Below are positions 15,936 to 23,198 of a stretch of 55,058 nucleotides of DNA, piece after piece. The translations under genes and the position numbers were made by a program. The notes beneath the pieces were generated by a model. That model saw only the letters and a list, made by a program, of their open reading frames with translations. It was not told where the DNA came from and did not search any database. Numbering within the stretch: the first letter of the stretch is position 1; every line of letters begins with the position of its first letter. The stretch lies in IMG/VR virus record IMGVR_UViG_3300009285_000008. One strand, written 5' to 3'. This stretch comes from a virus.

Positions 15936-16624
15936 TACCTGGCAATGCCCCCCAATGGCTCAAAGACGCGGATACGTGGAATGCCGATGTAGAGCTTGTG
16001 AACGGCGAAGTGGTGTGGCGCGGCGGTGAGTTCAGCGGCGGCGTGTTCCGCGGCGACGTGTTCCGCGGCGGCGTGTTCAGCGGCGGCGTGTTCAGCGGCG
16101 GTGAGTTCAGCGGCGGCGAGTTCCGCGACGGCGAGTTCAGCGGCGGCGTGTTCAGCGGCGGCGTGTTCAGCGGCGGTGAGTTCCGCGGCGGTGAGTTCCG
16201 CGGCGGCGAGTGGCGTGACGAGCGGTACGAACGAGTTCCATATATGCTCGCCATGCTGGGCATCGTGCCAGAATGCGACGGCACGTTGATTGGCTATCGA
16301 TCTACCGCGGCGGACGGGTGCGGGCGCTACACAAAAAACTGGTCACAGCCGATCGGGGAATACTACGAGACCGATCTTCCGCCGGCTGGATTGGGCACCT
16401 GCGTGAAAGGGATTCATGTGTCGAGCGCGGCGGTTGCCTGGACATGCTTCGGAATTGATCCAACGGCCCAACTGTGGCGCGTGAAGTTTCAGCTGGCGGA
16501 CGTGCTGGATTGTGACGGCACGAAAGCCCGCATTCGGGGAGGACATTTCGAGCGTATGGCCTGGCCGTTTGTTCGGCCGGCTGAGCGGGCGGCGTTGGTG
16601 GAGATCGGAGGCAAGACGGAATGA
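15932..16624 (+). CDS. pentapeptide-like repeat protein
   Basis: 230 aa with 13 consecutive GG(E/V)F(S/R) pentapeptides and a unique C-terminal domain. Confidence 0.6.
   Translation: MIPGNAPQWLKDADTWNADVELVNGEVVWRGGEFSGGVFRGDVFRGGVFSGGVFSGGEFSGGEFRDGEFSGGVFSGGVFSGGEFRGGEFRGGEWRDERYERVPYMLAMLGIVPECDGTLIGYRSTAADGCGRYTKNWSQPIGEYYETDLPPAGLGTCVKGIHVSSAAVAWTCFGIDPTAQLWRVKFQLADVLDCDGTKARIRGGHFERMAWPFVRPAERAALVEIGGKTE
16022..16216 (+). repeat. 15-bp tandem repeat x13 (coding)
   Basis: GGCGGYGWGTTCMGC-type units encode GGEFS/GGVFR/GGVFS and similar pentapeptides. The antisense NSPPLNTPPL ORF (15865-16284) is its shadow. Confidence 0.9.
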
Positions 16625-16824
16625 TCGAGACGCCGAACCTGGAACGTGCAATCTCCAAGTTGCTATCACTCCGTAGTCGCGATCGTGCCCGCGAGGAACT
16701 CGCCCTGCTCTGTAAGTTGGCGGATTGGGCGATGCGGGCTGGGCGCAAGTCGGCTTGGCATTGCGCGCGGACGATCGAACCCGGACCGCATCAGCACCCG
16801 GCGCTGAAGGAAACACATGGCTAA
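16621..16824 (+). CDS. hypothetical protein
   Basis: 67-aa ORF; ATGA overlap from cassette-2 copy 3. Confidence 0.45.
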   Translation: MIETPNLERAISKLLSLRSRDRAREELALLCKLADWAMRAGRKSAWHCARTIEPGPHQHPALKETHG

Positions 16825-17062
16825 GATATACGACAAGAAAATGCCCCCGCCTGATCGGCCGCGCGGAGAAGGGCCGACGCCGTACACAGACACTCTGCCG
16901 GATGTGCGAATGTTCTTCCATCCGGGCGGCGCGTCTTTCGGCTGGATTGATCCGGCTGACGATCGGTTTTCAGCCGTTATGGACTACGCCGAGGTTCTAG
17001 CCCGTGTCCGAAAGGCGGCTGGCATGGACGATCTGCCACGGACGGCGCGCCGGCCGGCGTGA
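16817..17062 (+). CDS. hypothetical protein
   Basis: 81-aa ORF; 8-nt overlap with the previous gene. Confidence 0.45.
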   Translation: MAKIYDKKMPPPDRPRGEGPTPYTDTLPDVRMFFHPGGASFGWIDPADDRFSAVMDYAEVLARVRKAAGMDDLPRTARRPA

Positions 17063-17111
17063 CCGGGCGAGTGGACTTGCCCGGCACGCGGCCGGTTGCG
17101 TGAGGTGAACG

Positions 17112-17408
17112 ATGAAGCGACCCAAGAAACAGACGACCCCTCGTGAACGGTTCTTGCAGGCCGAGTGCGACCGCATGGTCGAGGTCGTCGGTGCGGCGCG
17201 CGAATCGGTTTATGTACTGGCGAAATACAAGAGCACGCCGGTTGCGGTCGAGCAGCTACTATGGAAGATCGCCAACACTCTGGCTCGGCTGGACTTCCAT
17301 CGACGAAACCCAGAGCGGTCCCGGAGTTCTGCCGCTGGATCGATAGACGGCTGCGAGCCATTTCCCCGGCCGCAAGAGCCGGGACCGCCCCCCCTGGAGT
17401 CAACGTGA
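17112..17408 (+). CDS. hypothetical protein
   Basis: 98-aa ORF; GAGGTGAACG precedes the ATG. Confidence 0.5.
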   Translation: MKRPKKQTTPRERFLQAECDRMVEVVGAARESVYVLAKYKSTPVAVEQLLWKIANTLARLDFHRRNPERSRSSAAGSIDGCEPFPRPQEPGPPPLEST

Positions 17409-17674
17409 ACCAGAACATAGGAATGGTCAAAACGCCGAACGGTAATCGCGCTTATAACGGTTACTCCATCGTGGTCTGGGTTGAGGGACATGTGGTCGTG
17501 GTCGTCGCCGAGACGCCAGAATTAGCGCTCGACTACGCGCATCGCGTGACCGGAAAAAATCACATGCGCCTGGGCGTCCAGCAGTGCCACATCTGCGGCG
17601 GACACGCTGCCGGCAAGCAGGTTGAGCAGCCGCAGAGGTTAGGCCGGGGCCGCAAAGTGAAGCATGGAGTATGA
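17405..17674 (+). CDS. hypothetical protein
   Basis: Part of ORF 17165-17674. GTG 17405 gives a GTGA overlap; the alternative start is ATG 17423. Confidence 0.4.
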   Translation: MNQNIGMVKTPNGNRAYNGYSIVVWVEGHVVVVVAETPELALDYAHRVTGKNHMRLGVQQCHICGGHAAGKQVEQPQRLGRGRKVKHGV

Positions 17675-17760
17675 TGAATGTCGGTAGTCTTTTCTCCGGC
17701 ATCGGTGGGCTGGACCTGGGCCTTGAGCGTGCCGGAATGCGCGTGCTGTGGCAGTCACGC
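17671..17760 (+). pseudogene. 5' remnant of a C5 cytosine methyltransferase gene (motif I only)
   Basis: MMNVGSLFSGIGGLDLGLERAGMRVLW is translationally coupled (ATGA) to the upstream gene. Similarity ends where the opposite-strand HNH gene begins. Confidence 0.5.
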
Positions 17761-18225
17761 GCGGATGTAGCCGCAACTGGGATCGAAATGGATCAGCCCC
17801 TCGTTTACAAAAGCCATTGCGGCGCGCTCCAATTGGCAGTGCCACTCTCTGTGGCGTCGCCGCGAACACACGATCAGGTTTTCGGGGCGGTTGTCGAGCT
17901 TGTCACCGTTAATATGGTGGACAACCTCGCTTCGTTTCAATCGCCGCCCAGAAGCGCGCTCGGCGACAAGCACATGCTCCCCCACGTATGGCAACCGACG
18001 ACGCGTCCGCACCATTTTGTAGCCGTATCTCGGATCAATGAACGATCCACCCTTCCACGAGTGGTGCTTGTCGCCGCGCGCAGTCGCCTTGCGGAGCGGC
18101 CTACACCCACACCGTTTTCGGTGGTACGCGAGAGACTGATGGCTAACGCCAGCGCTGGCGGCGATGCTGCGCAAAGACTCGCCACCTTTCAATCTCGCTT
18201 CGATTTCTACAATGGCTATTTTCAT
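17755..18225 (-). CDS. HNH homing-type endonuclease
   Basis: 156 aa; HHINGDKLDNRPENL..C..RRH HNH core; N-terminal HTH-like segment. It is the only minus-strand gene in the plus-strand block. Confidence 0.8.
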   Translation of the reverse strand: MKIAIVEIEARLKGGESLRSIAASAGVSHQSLAYHRKRCGCRPLRKATARGDKHHSWKGGSFIDPRYGYKMVRTRRRLPYVGEHVLVAERASGRRLKRSEVVHHINGDKLDNRPENLIVCSRRRHREWHCQLERAAMAFVNEGLIHFDPSCGYIRA

Positions 18226-18242
18226 GGCAACATTATACCGGG

Positions 18243-19367
18243 GTGTTTGCCATGAATCAAATCGTGTTCGGCGACCTTTTCACTGGCATTGGCGGGCTAT
18301 CGCTTGGTCTGTGTCGAGCCGGCATGAGGCCGGCATGGTTTTGCGAATCCGATCCCTTCTGCCGCGCCGTGCTGGCGCGCCACTGGCCCGATGTACCGTG
18401 TTACCCTGACGTGAGGGGCATCTGTGCTGTCACAAATCCACGACGGCACCGTGGACGAGCGCCAATGGCCGAGCGATTCTTGGCGGACGCGCGATGCGAC
18501 CTGATCTGCGGCGGTTTCCCTTGCACGGACATTTCGTGCGCCGGAACAGGCGCCGGACTGGCAGGAGCGAACAGTGGTCTCTGGTTCAGGATGCGACGAC
18601 TCGTTGCAGTTATTCGACCTGCTTGGGTCGTCGCTGAGAACGTCCCTGCTCTCCGAACTCGCGGCGCTGACGAAGTGCTCGGCTCGCTGGAAGCGCTCGG
18701 TTACACCTGCTGGCCGCTCGTGGTGGGTGCTGATGACCTCGGCGCGCCGCACCGGCGCAAGCGGGTGTTCATCGTGGCCTACCGCGCACGGGATGGACAA
18801 CGGGGGGAACCCGCGACGGAACGGCCCGACCGGGAACGAGCTGGGCCGGGCGGTGACACGCGACTGGTTCACTCCGCAGGGCCGAGATTGGAAAGACAGC
18901 GGACCGACGCAGGGAAATCGCAAGTCGGTGAATCTGGGAGTGCAAGCGGCGCGGGACTGGCAGACGCCGAACGCGATGGCGGGCGGATCGGTGAGCCGGG
19001 GCGGGAAGCGAATCGGCGAGAAGCTGCTCGCTGGCCAAGCCGACCAGGAGAGCCGCAGCACGAGTGGGAAGCCCCGCGACTGGTCAACGCCGCAAGCGTT
19101 CGACGCGAACGAAGTCCCGAACGGGAATGCAGCGGAGAGGCGAACGAAGGGCGGATGTCGGAATCTGGGACAGGAGATCGGCGGCAGCCTGAATCCGGCG
19201 TGGGTTTCGCAACTTATGGGCTTTTTCGACGGGTGGACGGATTTGCCCGCCGAAACGCTCTTAGAGCTTTGGGCAACGCAGTCGTCTGGCAAATCCCGTA
19301 CATCGTTGGGCGCGCCATCCTTGAAATCGAAAGAAGCATGAATGACACCGGAGCAGCGAGCAAATAA
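18243..19367 (+). CDS. DNA (cytosine-5) methyltransferase, reading frame disrupted
   Basis: Motif I FTGIGGLSLG, motif IV GGFPCTD, ENV, RRKRVFIVA and C-terminal LGNAVVWQIPYIVGRAI are in the ORF frame. From about 18805 to 19248, third-position GC and the motifs (DWFTPQGRDW, DWQTPNA, LNPAWVSQLMGFFDGWTD) are in the +1 frame (ORF 18574-19341). Confidence 0.7.
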   Translation: MFAMNQIVFGDLFTGIGGLSLGLCRAGMRPAWFCESDPFCRAVLARHWPDVPCYPDVRGICAVTNPRRHRGRAPMAERFLADARCDLICGGFPCTDISCAGTGAGLAGANSGLWFRMRRLVAVIRPAWVVAENVPALRTRGADEVLGSLEALGYTCWPLVVGADDLGAPHRRKRVFIVAYRARDGQRGEPATERPDRERAGPGGDTRLVHSAGPRLERQRTDAGKSQVGESGSASGAGLADAERDGGRIGEPGREANRREAARWPSRPGEPQHEWEAPRLVNAASVRRERSPERECSGEANEGRMSESGTGDRRQPESGVGFATYGLFRRVDGFARRNALRALGNAVVWQIPYIVGRAILEIERSMNDTGAASK

Positions 19368-19411
19368 GGCGGCGTCGTGGCGATGGTTGACAAGTTTATA
19401 TTGGAGAACCC

Positions 19412-19858
19412 ATGACCATGCGACCCTCGTACCCCAAGCACGATAAGTCGCCGCCCCTCACGCTCAAGTTGACCGGCAGGTCGCCGTTCGACGGCTTGAT
19501 CGTGACGCTCGGGCGCTACCCGGCCGACAAGATGGAGTTGGCCGAATCAGACATGCACCGCTACGCCCTGTGGTGCTACACCGACCTGACGATCCACGGG
19601 CGCGACGCCGCTGTAACGCCGGCAGTCCGCGCGTCCGGCTCGGTCGAGACCACTGTCGAGTTCGCCGGCCAGACCTTGACGCTGGCGGGCTGGGCGGCGC
19701 ACCTGGGGCTGTCGCCAAATTGCCTGCGGCAACGCTTCCGCAAGGGCTGGCCCATTGAACATGCACTGTCGGCCGGCAAGCGGACCGGGCGGTGTCCGCG
19801 ATTCGCGCCGCCGGCCGACAACGCCGAGATTCTGGCGGGGGCGAAAGTGACGATATGA
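19412..19858 (+). CDS. hypothetical protein with HTH-like C-terminal segment
   Basis: 148 aa; LTLAGWAAHLGLSPNCLRQRFRKGWPIEHAL. Confidence 0.45.
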   Translation: MTMRPSYPKHDKSPPLTLKLTGRSPFDGLIVTLGRYPADKMELAESDMHRYALWCYTDLTIHGRDAAVTPAVRASGSVETTVEFAGQTLTLAGWAAHLGLSPNCLRQRFRKGWPIEHALSAGKRTGRCPRFAPPADNAEILAGAKVTI

Positions 19859-20535
19859 CCCCGCGCATCGTCTACCAGACCGACCGGGCAACTCTCTGGT
19901 GCGGCGATTGTCTTGCCGTGCTGCCGACGCTGGCGGCTGACAGCTTTGATGCAATCCTGACCGATCCACCGTATGGTGTACGCTTGAAGCGCGGCGATTC
20001 GCGGACCTTTCGCCCGATCGTCGGTGACGAAGCACCGCCCGACGTGCGATGGATCGGGGCGCACAGCAAGGCGATCGTGTGGGGCGGCAACAATTTCTGC
20101 GACCAACTTCCGCGCTCAACGGGATGGCTTGTCTGGGACAAATGGGAGTCGCCTCTGTCCGAGCATTCGATGGCCGAATTGGCTTGGACAAACTGTGTTC
20201 GGACGATCCGCGTTCACCGGCAGTCGTTTCGAGGCTTTACGGCAACTGTGTCGCATGACAGCGAGCGCGTTCACCCTGCCCAAAAAACGATCGCCTTGAT
20301 GGAATGGTGTATCGGCTTGTCGGGGACCGTGGCCGATCAAGCGATCCTCGATCCCTTCGCCGGTTCCGGCACGACCGGCGTGGCCTGCATCCGCACGGGC
20401 CGGCGTTTCATCGGGATCGAGATCGACGAGCGCTACTGCCAGATCGCCGCCCGCCGGCTGGCCGAAGCCGAATCCGCCTACGCGCTGTTCGACGAGGCGG
20501 AGCAGGTGAAGGAAAGGCAATTGGAGCTATCATGA
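19855..20535 (+). CDS. DNA methyltransferase (N6A/N4C, DPPY type)
   Basis: Part of ORF 19792-20535. ATG 19855 forms an ATGA overlap. ILTDPPYG and LDPFAGSGTTG motifs. Confidence 0.8.
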   Translation: MTPRIVYQTDRATLWCGDCLAVLPTLAADSFDAILTDPPYGVRLKRGDSRTFRPIVGDEAPPDVRWIGAHSKAIVWGGNNFCDQLPRSTGWLVWDKWESPLSEHSMAELAWTNCVRTIRVHRQSFRGFTATVSHDSERVHPAQKTIALMEWCIGLSGTVADQAILDPFAGSGTTGVACIRTGRRFIGIEIDERYCQIAARRLAEAESAYALFDEAEQVKERQLELS

Positions 20536-20756
20536 GCGCGATGCTGCCCAACGGAACCTACCACACGGCCGCCGGGTCAACCCTGACCGTGAGCGGCGAG
20601 CACGGCGGCACGCGGGAACTTGAGTTCGACTGGCTCGAAGAAGAAAACGCCTGCATCGACTGCGTGCCGGAGCCTTATGAGGATGATGAAGGCCATCTAG
20701 TGTGGCACTGTGAGGTCTGTGGGCGCGGCGATGCGAAGTGGATACCGGACGTATGA
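20532..20756 (+). CDS. hypothetical protein
   Basis: 74 aa; ATGA overlap; CIDC..CEVCG. It is the last gene of the plus-strand block. Confidence 0.45.
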   Translation: MSAMLPNGTYHTAAGSTLTVSGEHGGTRELEFDWLEEENACIDCVPEPYEDDEGHLVWHCEVCGRGDAKWIPDV

Positions 20757-20771
20757 CTGAGTGGCACGGCT

Positions 20772-20858
20772 GTTACTCCCAAGCCAATGCCAGTCCGGCA
20801 CGGTGATCATCACCCAGCCATCGCCGACTCGCCATGCGTAGAGACAGCGGGTAATCAC
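20772..20858 (-). repeat. 87-bp conserved post-stop element, copy 1
   Basis: 18 mismatches in 87 nt (~79% identity) to 21537-21623 with no gaps. It starts at the TGA of gene 20855-21310, ends in GGGAGTAAC, and fills the convergent gap. Confidence 0.8.
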
Positions 20859-21310
20859 TGCTCGGCTCCAATCCTTGCCATGGCGCGCTCGTGCGACTGG
20901 TCCAGCACGCGGCCCGCCAGCCGCAGCGCCGTCAACGTGACGGCGATAAGGCCTAGGCCCGCGAACCCGACCACAAAGGTTGCGCCTATCCCGAACTCGC
21001 TATTATAACCGATCCCCTGAACCGACGCCGCGACCGACGCCTCTACGGTCTGGCGCAAGTCCGCCTGGACGGCCGTCACGACCTGGCCGGCGAGCTGCTG
21101 CACGTCGAAAACAGCCGGTGCCGCCGGTTGTGTCGAAGGGCCGGACGGCACCGGTGCTCTGAAGGAGGACGGGAAATTTGCCCGCGTGTTCGCCGCGCAC
21201 CCGCACGTCACGAGCAGAATGCCCACGAGCATGATGAACAGGATGGCAACCGTCGCCTCAAAAGCAAAGCCGTTCGGGATGCGCGTCCAGTGCGGGCGGT
21301 CATGCTTCAT
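20855..21310 (-). CDS. membrane protein (N- and C-terminal hydrophobic segments)
   Basis: 151 aa; ILFIMLVGILLVTCGCAA and GATFVVGFAGLGLIAVTLTAL. Confidence 0.5.
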   Translation of the reverse strand: MKHDRPHWTRIPNGFAFEATVAILFIMLVGILLVTCGCAANTRANFPSSFRAPVPSGPSTQPAAPAVFDVQQLAGQVVTAVQADLRQTVEASVAASVQGIGYNSEFGIGATFVVGFAGLGLIAVTLTALRLAGRVLDQSHERAMARIGAEQ

Positions 21311-21534
21311 GGAAAGCGCACTTCGTAAGAGTATTCGCGCGCCAACTCGTCACAGCGGGTAAATGGTATCGGCTGCGGCGGCGCGTCGGACAAGATCACG
21401 CCGGTCCCGGCGCAGCTCCGGCAAGATTCACTCGCCTCAGCGGTCGCGGTCGTGCGAAACGGCGAATCAGCGAGGGAATAGAAGCCGAGCGGTACGATTC
21501 TGCGGCCTTCGCACACTGGACAGACTTGCATCAT
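21307..21534 (-). CDS. zinc-ribbon protein
   Basis: 75 aa; CPVCEG ... CRSCAGTG. GGGAG from the 87-bp element lies 7 nt upstream of the ATG. Confidence 0.5.
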   Translation of the reverse strand: MMQVCPVCEGRRIVPLGFYSLADSPFRTTATAEASESCRSCAGTGVILSDAPPQPIPFTRCDELAREYSYEVRFP

Positions 21535-21536
21535 AC

Positions 21537-21623
21537 GTTACTCCCAAACCACCGCCAGTCCGGTACAGTGATCTCCCACCACACGTTGCCGACGCGCCAG
21601 CAGTAGAGGCAGCGGGTAATCAC
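21537..21623 (-). repeat. 87-bp conserved post-stop element, copy 2
   Basis: See copy 1. It starts at the TGA of gene 21620-22354 and ends in the RBS of gene 21307-21534. Confidence 0.8.
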
Positions 21624-22354
21624 GGCGTCACCAGTTCCAGTTGCCGAGGACACGCCGGCCAATGAAACGACGCCTCGCCGTCCGCCATGTCGGTGACGTA
21701 GTATGTCTCGCCCACAGCCTCAAGCACGTCCACCGACCAGTAGCCGTCGGCCTTGAATGCGTCCGCGACGATGCCGGCCAACGTGTCCGCGCGGTCAGGA
21801 GGATCGGCATGGAGCCACCGAACGTCCTGCGGAACCATCGCACGATCAGGCTTGCCATGAACGAGCGCATCTGCCGGCCAGTACGGGTGAACGCATAGCA
21901 CCGAGCCGTCGCGGACGAAGTACCGCCACTCACGGACTACCGGCATGCCGCCGTACCGCGTGCAGCGGAACAGCGGCTCGACCGCCAGCATCTTGCGGCA
22001 CACCCAGACGTTGTGCGGCAGGCCTATGAAGTCCACGCAATGCGACCACTCGATCAGGCTGGCGACGTGCTGGGCAAACGACAGTTTGCCGGTCACGTTG
22101 CAGCAGCAATCCCATTCGTGCTTGCCGCTGCCCTGACCGGTCCGCAGGAACATCGGCAAGCCAAGCTCGGCGGCCGACTCCTCGATGAACGTGACGACGC
22201 GCGCCAGCGGTTCGGGCGTCTTGCCGTCGAGCACTTCGACCAGCGCCCATCCGTCGTCGTCCGACAGCTTGAGGATGCGCGTCTCCGGCACGGGGGCGCC
22301 GGCAGCTTGCAGGATCGGGAACCAATACGACAGACAGTTGCGTTCGTTGTTCAC
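21620..22354 (-). CDS. possible ATP-grasp-fold protein
   Basis: 244 aa; MFLRTGQGSGKHEW and REWRYFVRDGSVLCVHPYW resemble ATP-grasp lysine and E-x-R-x-F-V motifs. Recognised by eye only. Confidence 0.4.
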   Translation of the reverse strand: MNNERNCLSYWFPILQAAGAPVPETRILKLSDDDGWALVEVLDGKTPEPLARVVTFIEESAAELGLPMFLRTGQGSGKHEWDCCCNVTGKLSFAQHVASLIEWSHCVDFIGLPHNVWVCRKMLAVEPLFRCTRYGGMPVVREWRYFVRDGSVLCVHPYWPADALVHGKPDRAMVPQDVRWLHADPPDRADTLAGIVADAFKADGYWSVDVLEAVGETYYVTDMADGEASFHWPACPRQLELVTP

Positions 22355-22373
22355 GGCGTCACCAGGCGCGGGG

Positions 22374-22766
22374 TCATGGCGTCGGCCCCGGCAGGCGTTT
22401 CGCGGCCTCGGCCAACAGCCATTCGAGCAGCGATGGATCGTGCTCGCGGAGCCACGCGATTGTCTCGGGCGTCAGCGACCGGTCCGGCCCGGACCCCTGG
22501 CCCAGCAACGAGCCGCGGACCGTCACGCCGCGCACCGCAATGTTCGCATGAATGCCCGTCACCCAGAAGCCGTCAATCGTGTAGCTGGGGTCGCGTATCT
22601 CGCCCTCCGCACTGATCGTGCTCGACGTGATCGCGGCCTTTTCGAGCAGCACCGGAACGATCTTCCCAACCATGCTGCCGATCTCGCGGGTCGCGACGTT
22701 CTCGGCGCACCCGCCCAACAGCGGCCACAGCCACGCCAGAATCAGAATCCAGGCCCAGTGTCGCAT
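22374..22766 (-). CDS. lipoprotein
   Basis: Part of ORF 22374-22814. ATG 22766 follows AGGAGG. Signal peptide MRHWAWILILAWLWPLLGGC with a lipobox. Confidence 0.55.
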   Translation of the reverse strand: MRHWAWILILAWLWPLLGGCAENVATREIGSMVGKIVPVLLEKAAITSSTISAEGEIRDPSYTIDGFWVTGIHANIAVRGVTVRGSLLGQGSGPDRSLTPETIAWLREHDPSLLEWLLAEAAKRLPGPTP

Positions 22767-22876
22767 ACAGCCTCCTGCATCCCCACGATCATCGTTGCGC
22801 TCGGCTGCGTCCATTCTTCAGGACCGAAGTTAGGCACAGACGAAAACGGCCAGTAGTGCCAGAACCAGTGTCTCAT
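22742..22876 (-). CDS. possible 44-aa ORF sharing the lipoprotein start region
   Basis: AGGAGACCTGTATGAGACACTGG here versus AGGAGGCTGTATGCGACACTGG at the lipoprotein start. Both products begin MRHW. Below the track cutoff. Confidence 0.2.
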   Translation of the reverse strand: MRHWFWHYWPFSSVPNFGPEEWTQPSATMIVGMQEAVCDTGPGF

Positions 22877-22885
22877 ACAGGTCTC

Positions 22886-23041
22886 CTACGCCCCCGCAAC
22901 CCACGCCAGGAACCAAACGCCCGCGACCGTCAACGCGCCGAGCGCGTACATCGTCCAGCCGTAGAGCCGATGCGCCCGCCGAGTCCAGACGACACACGCA
23001 TCGGCCCCGACGAGGGCGACGCTTCGTTCAAGCGGAGTCAC
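22886..23041 (-). CDS. small membrane protein
   Basis: Part of ORF 22886-23098. The GTG start follows GGAGG and forms a GTGA overlap. C-terminal TM segment MYALGALTVAGVWFLAWVAGA. Confidence 0.4.
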   Translation of the reverse strand: MTPLERSVALVGADACVVWTRRAHRLYGWTMYALGALTVAGVWFLAWVAGA

Positions 23042-23151
23042 GGTCCCGCCTCCACGCCCAGCAGCACGTACTCGAAGATACCCCAGAACATCCGCCACGC
23101 CTCACCGATCCAGGTCGTCGTCATATTGCAATCCTTCAATGACTCCAGCAT
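23038..23151 (-). CDS. possible small membrane protein
   Basis: C-terminal part of ORF 23038-23355 (MLESLKDCNMTTTWIGEAWRMFWGIFEYVLLGVEAGP). Start uncertain (23151 or 23124). Confidence 0.3.
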   Translation of the reverse strand: MLESLKDCNMTTTWIGEAWRMFWGIFEYVLLGVEAGP

Positions 23152-23198
23152 ATCCCGGTCTTGCTGGACAAGCGAAGGGGGCCGCAACCCACCGACCG

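Larger units (their letters stand above)
15804..16624 (+). repeat. Junction cassette family 2 (3 copies of a 25-mer)
   Basis: GGAGATCGGAGG(C/T)AAG(A/G)CGGAATGA at 15804-15828, 15911-15935 and 16600-16624. Each copy supplies an EIGGK(T/A)E-stop tail plus GGAGG and an ATG (ATGA overlap) for the next gene. Confidence 0.85.

Noticed and set aside
15865-16284. 139-aa minus-strand ORF with NSPPLNTPPL repeats
   Set aside because: It is the antisense shadow of the plus-strand 15-bp tandem repeat. The plus-strand gene fits the ATGA-coupled gene chain, and the minus ORF has no start context or partners.
20772-20858. Small peptide genes inside the 87-bp elements (e.g. MASRRWLGDDHRAGLALAWE)
   Set aside because: Only copy 1 has an ATG. 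Substitutions between the copies are spread over all codon positions in every frame tried, so peptide conservation is unlikely.
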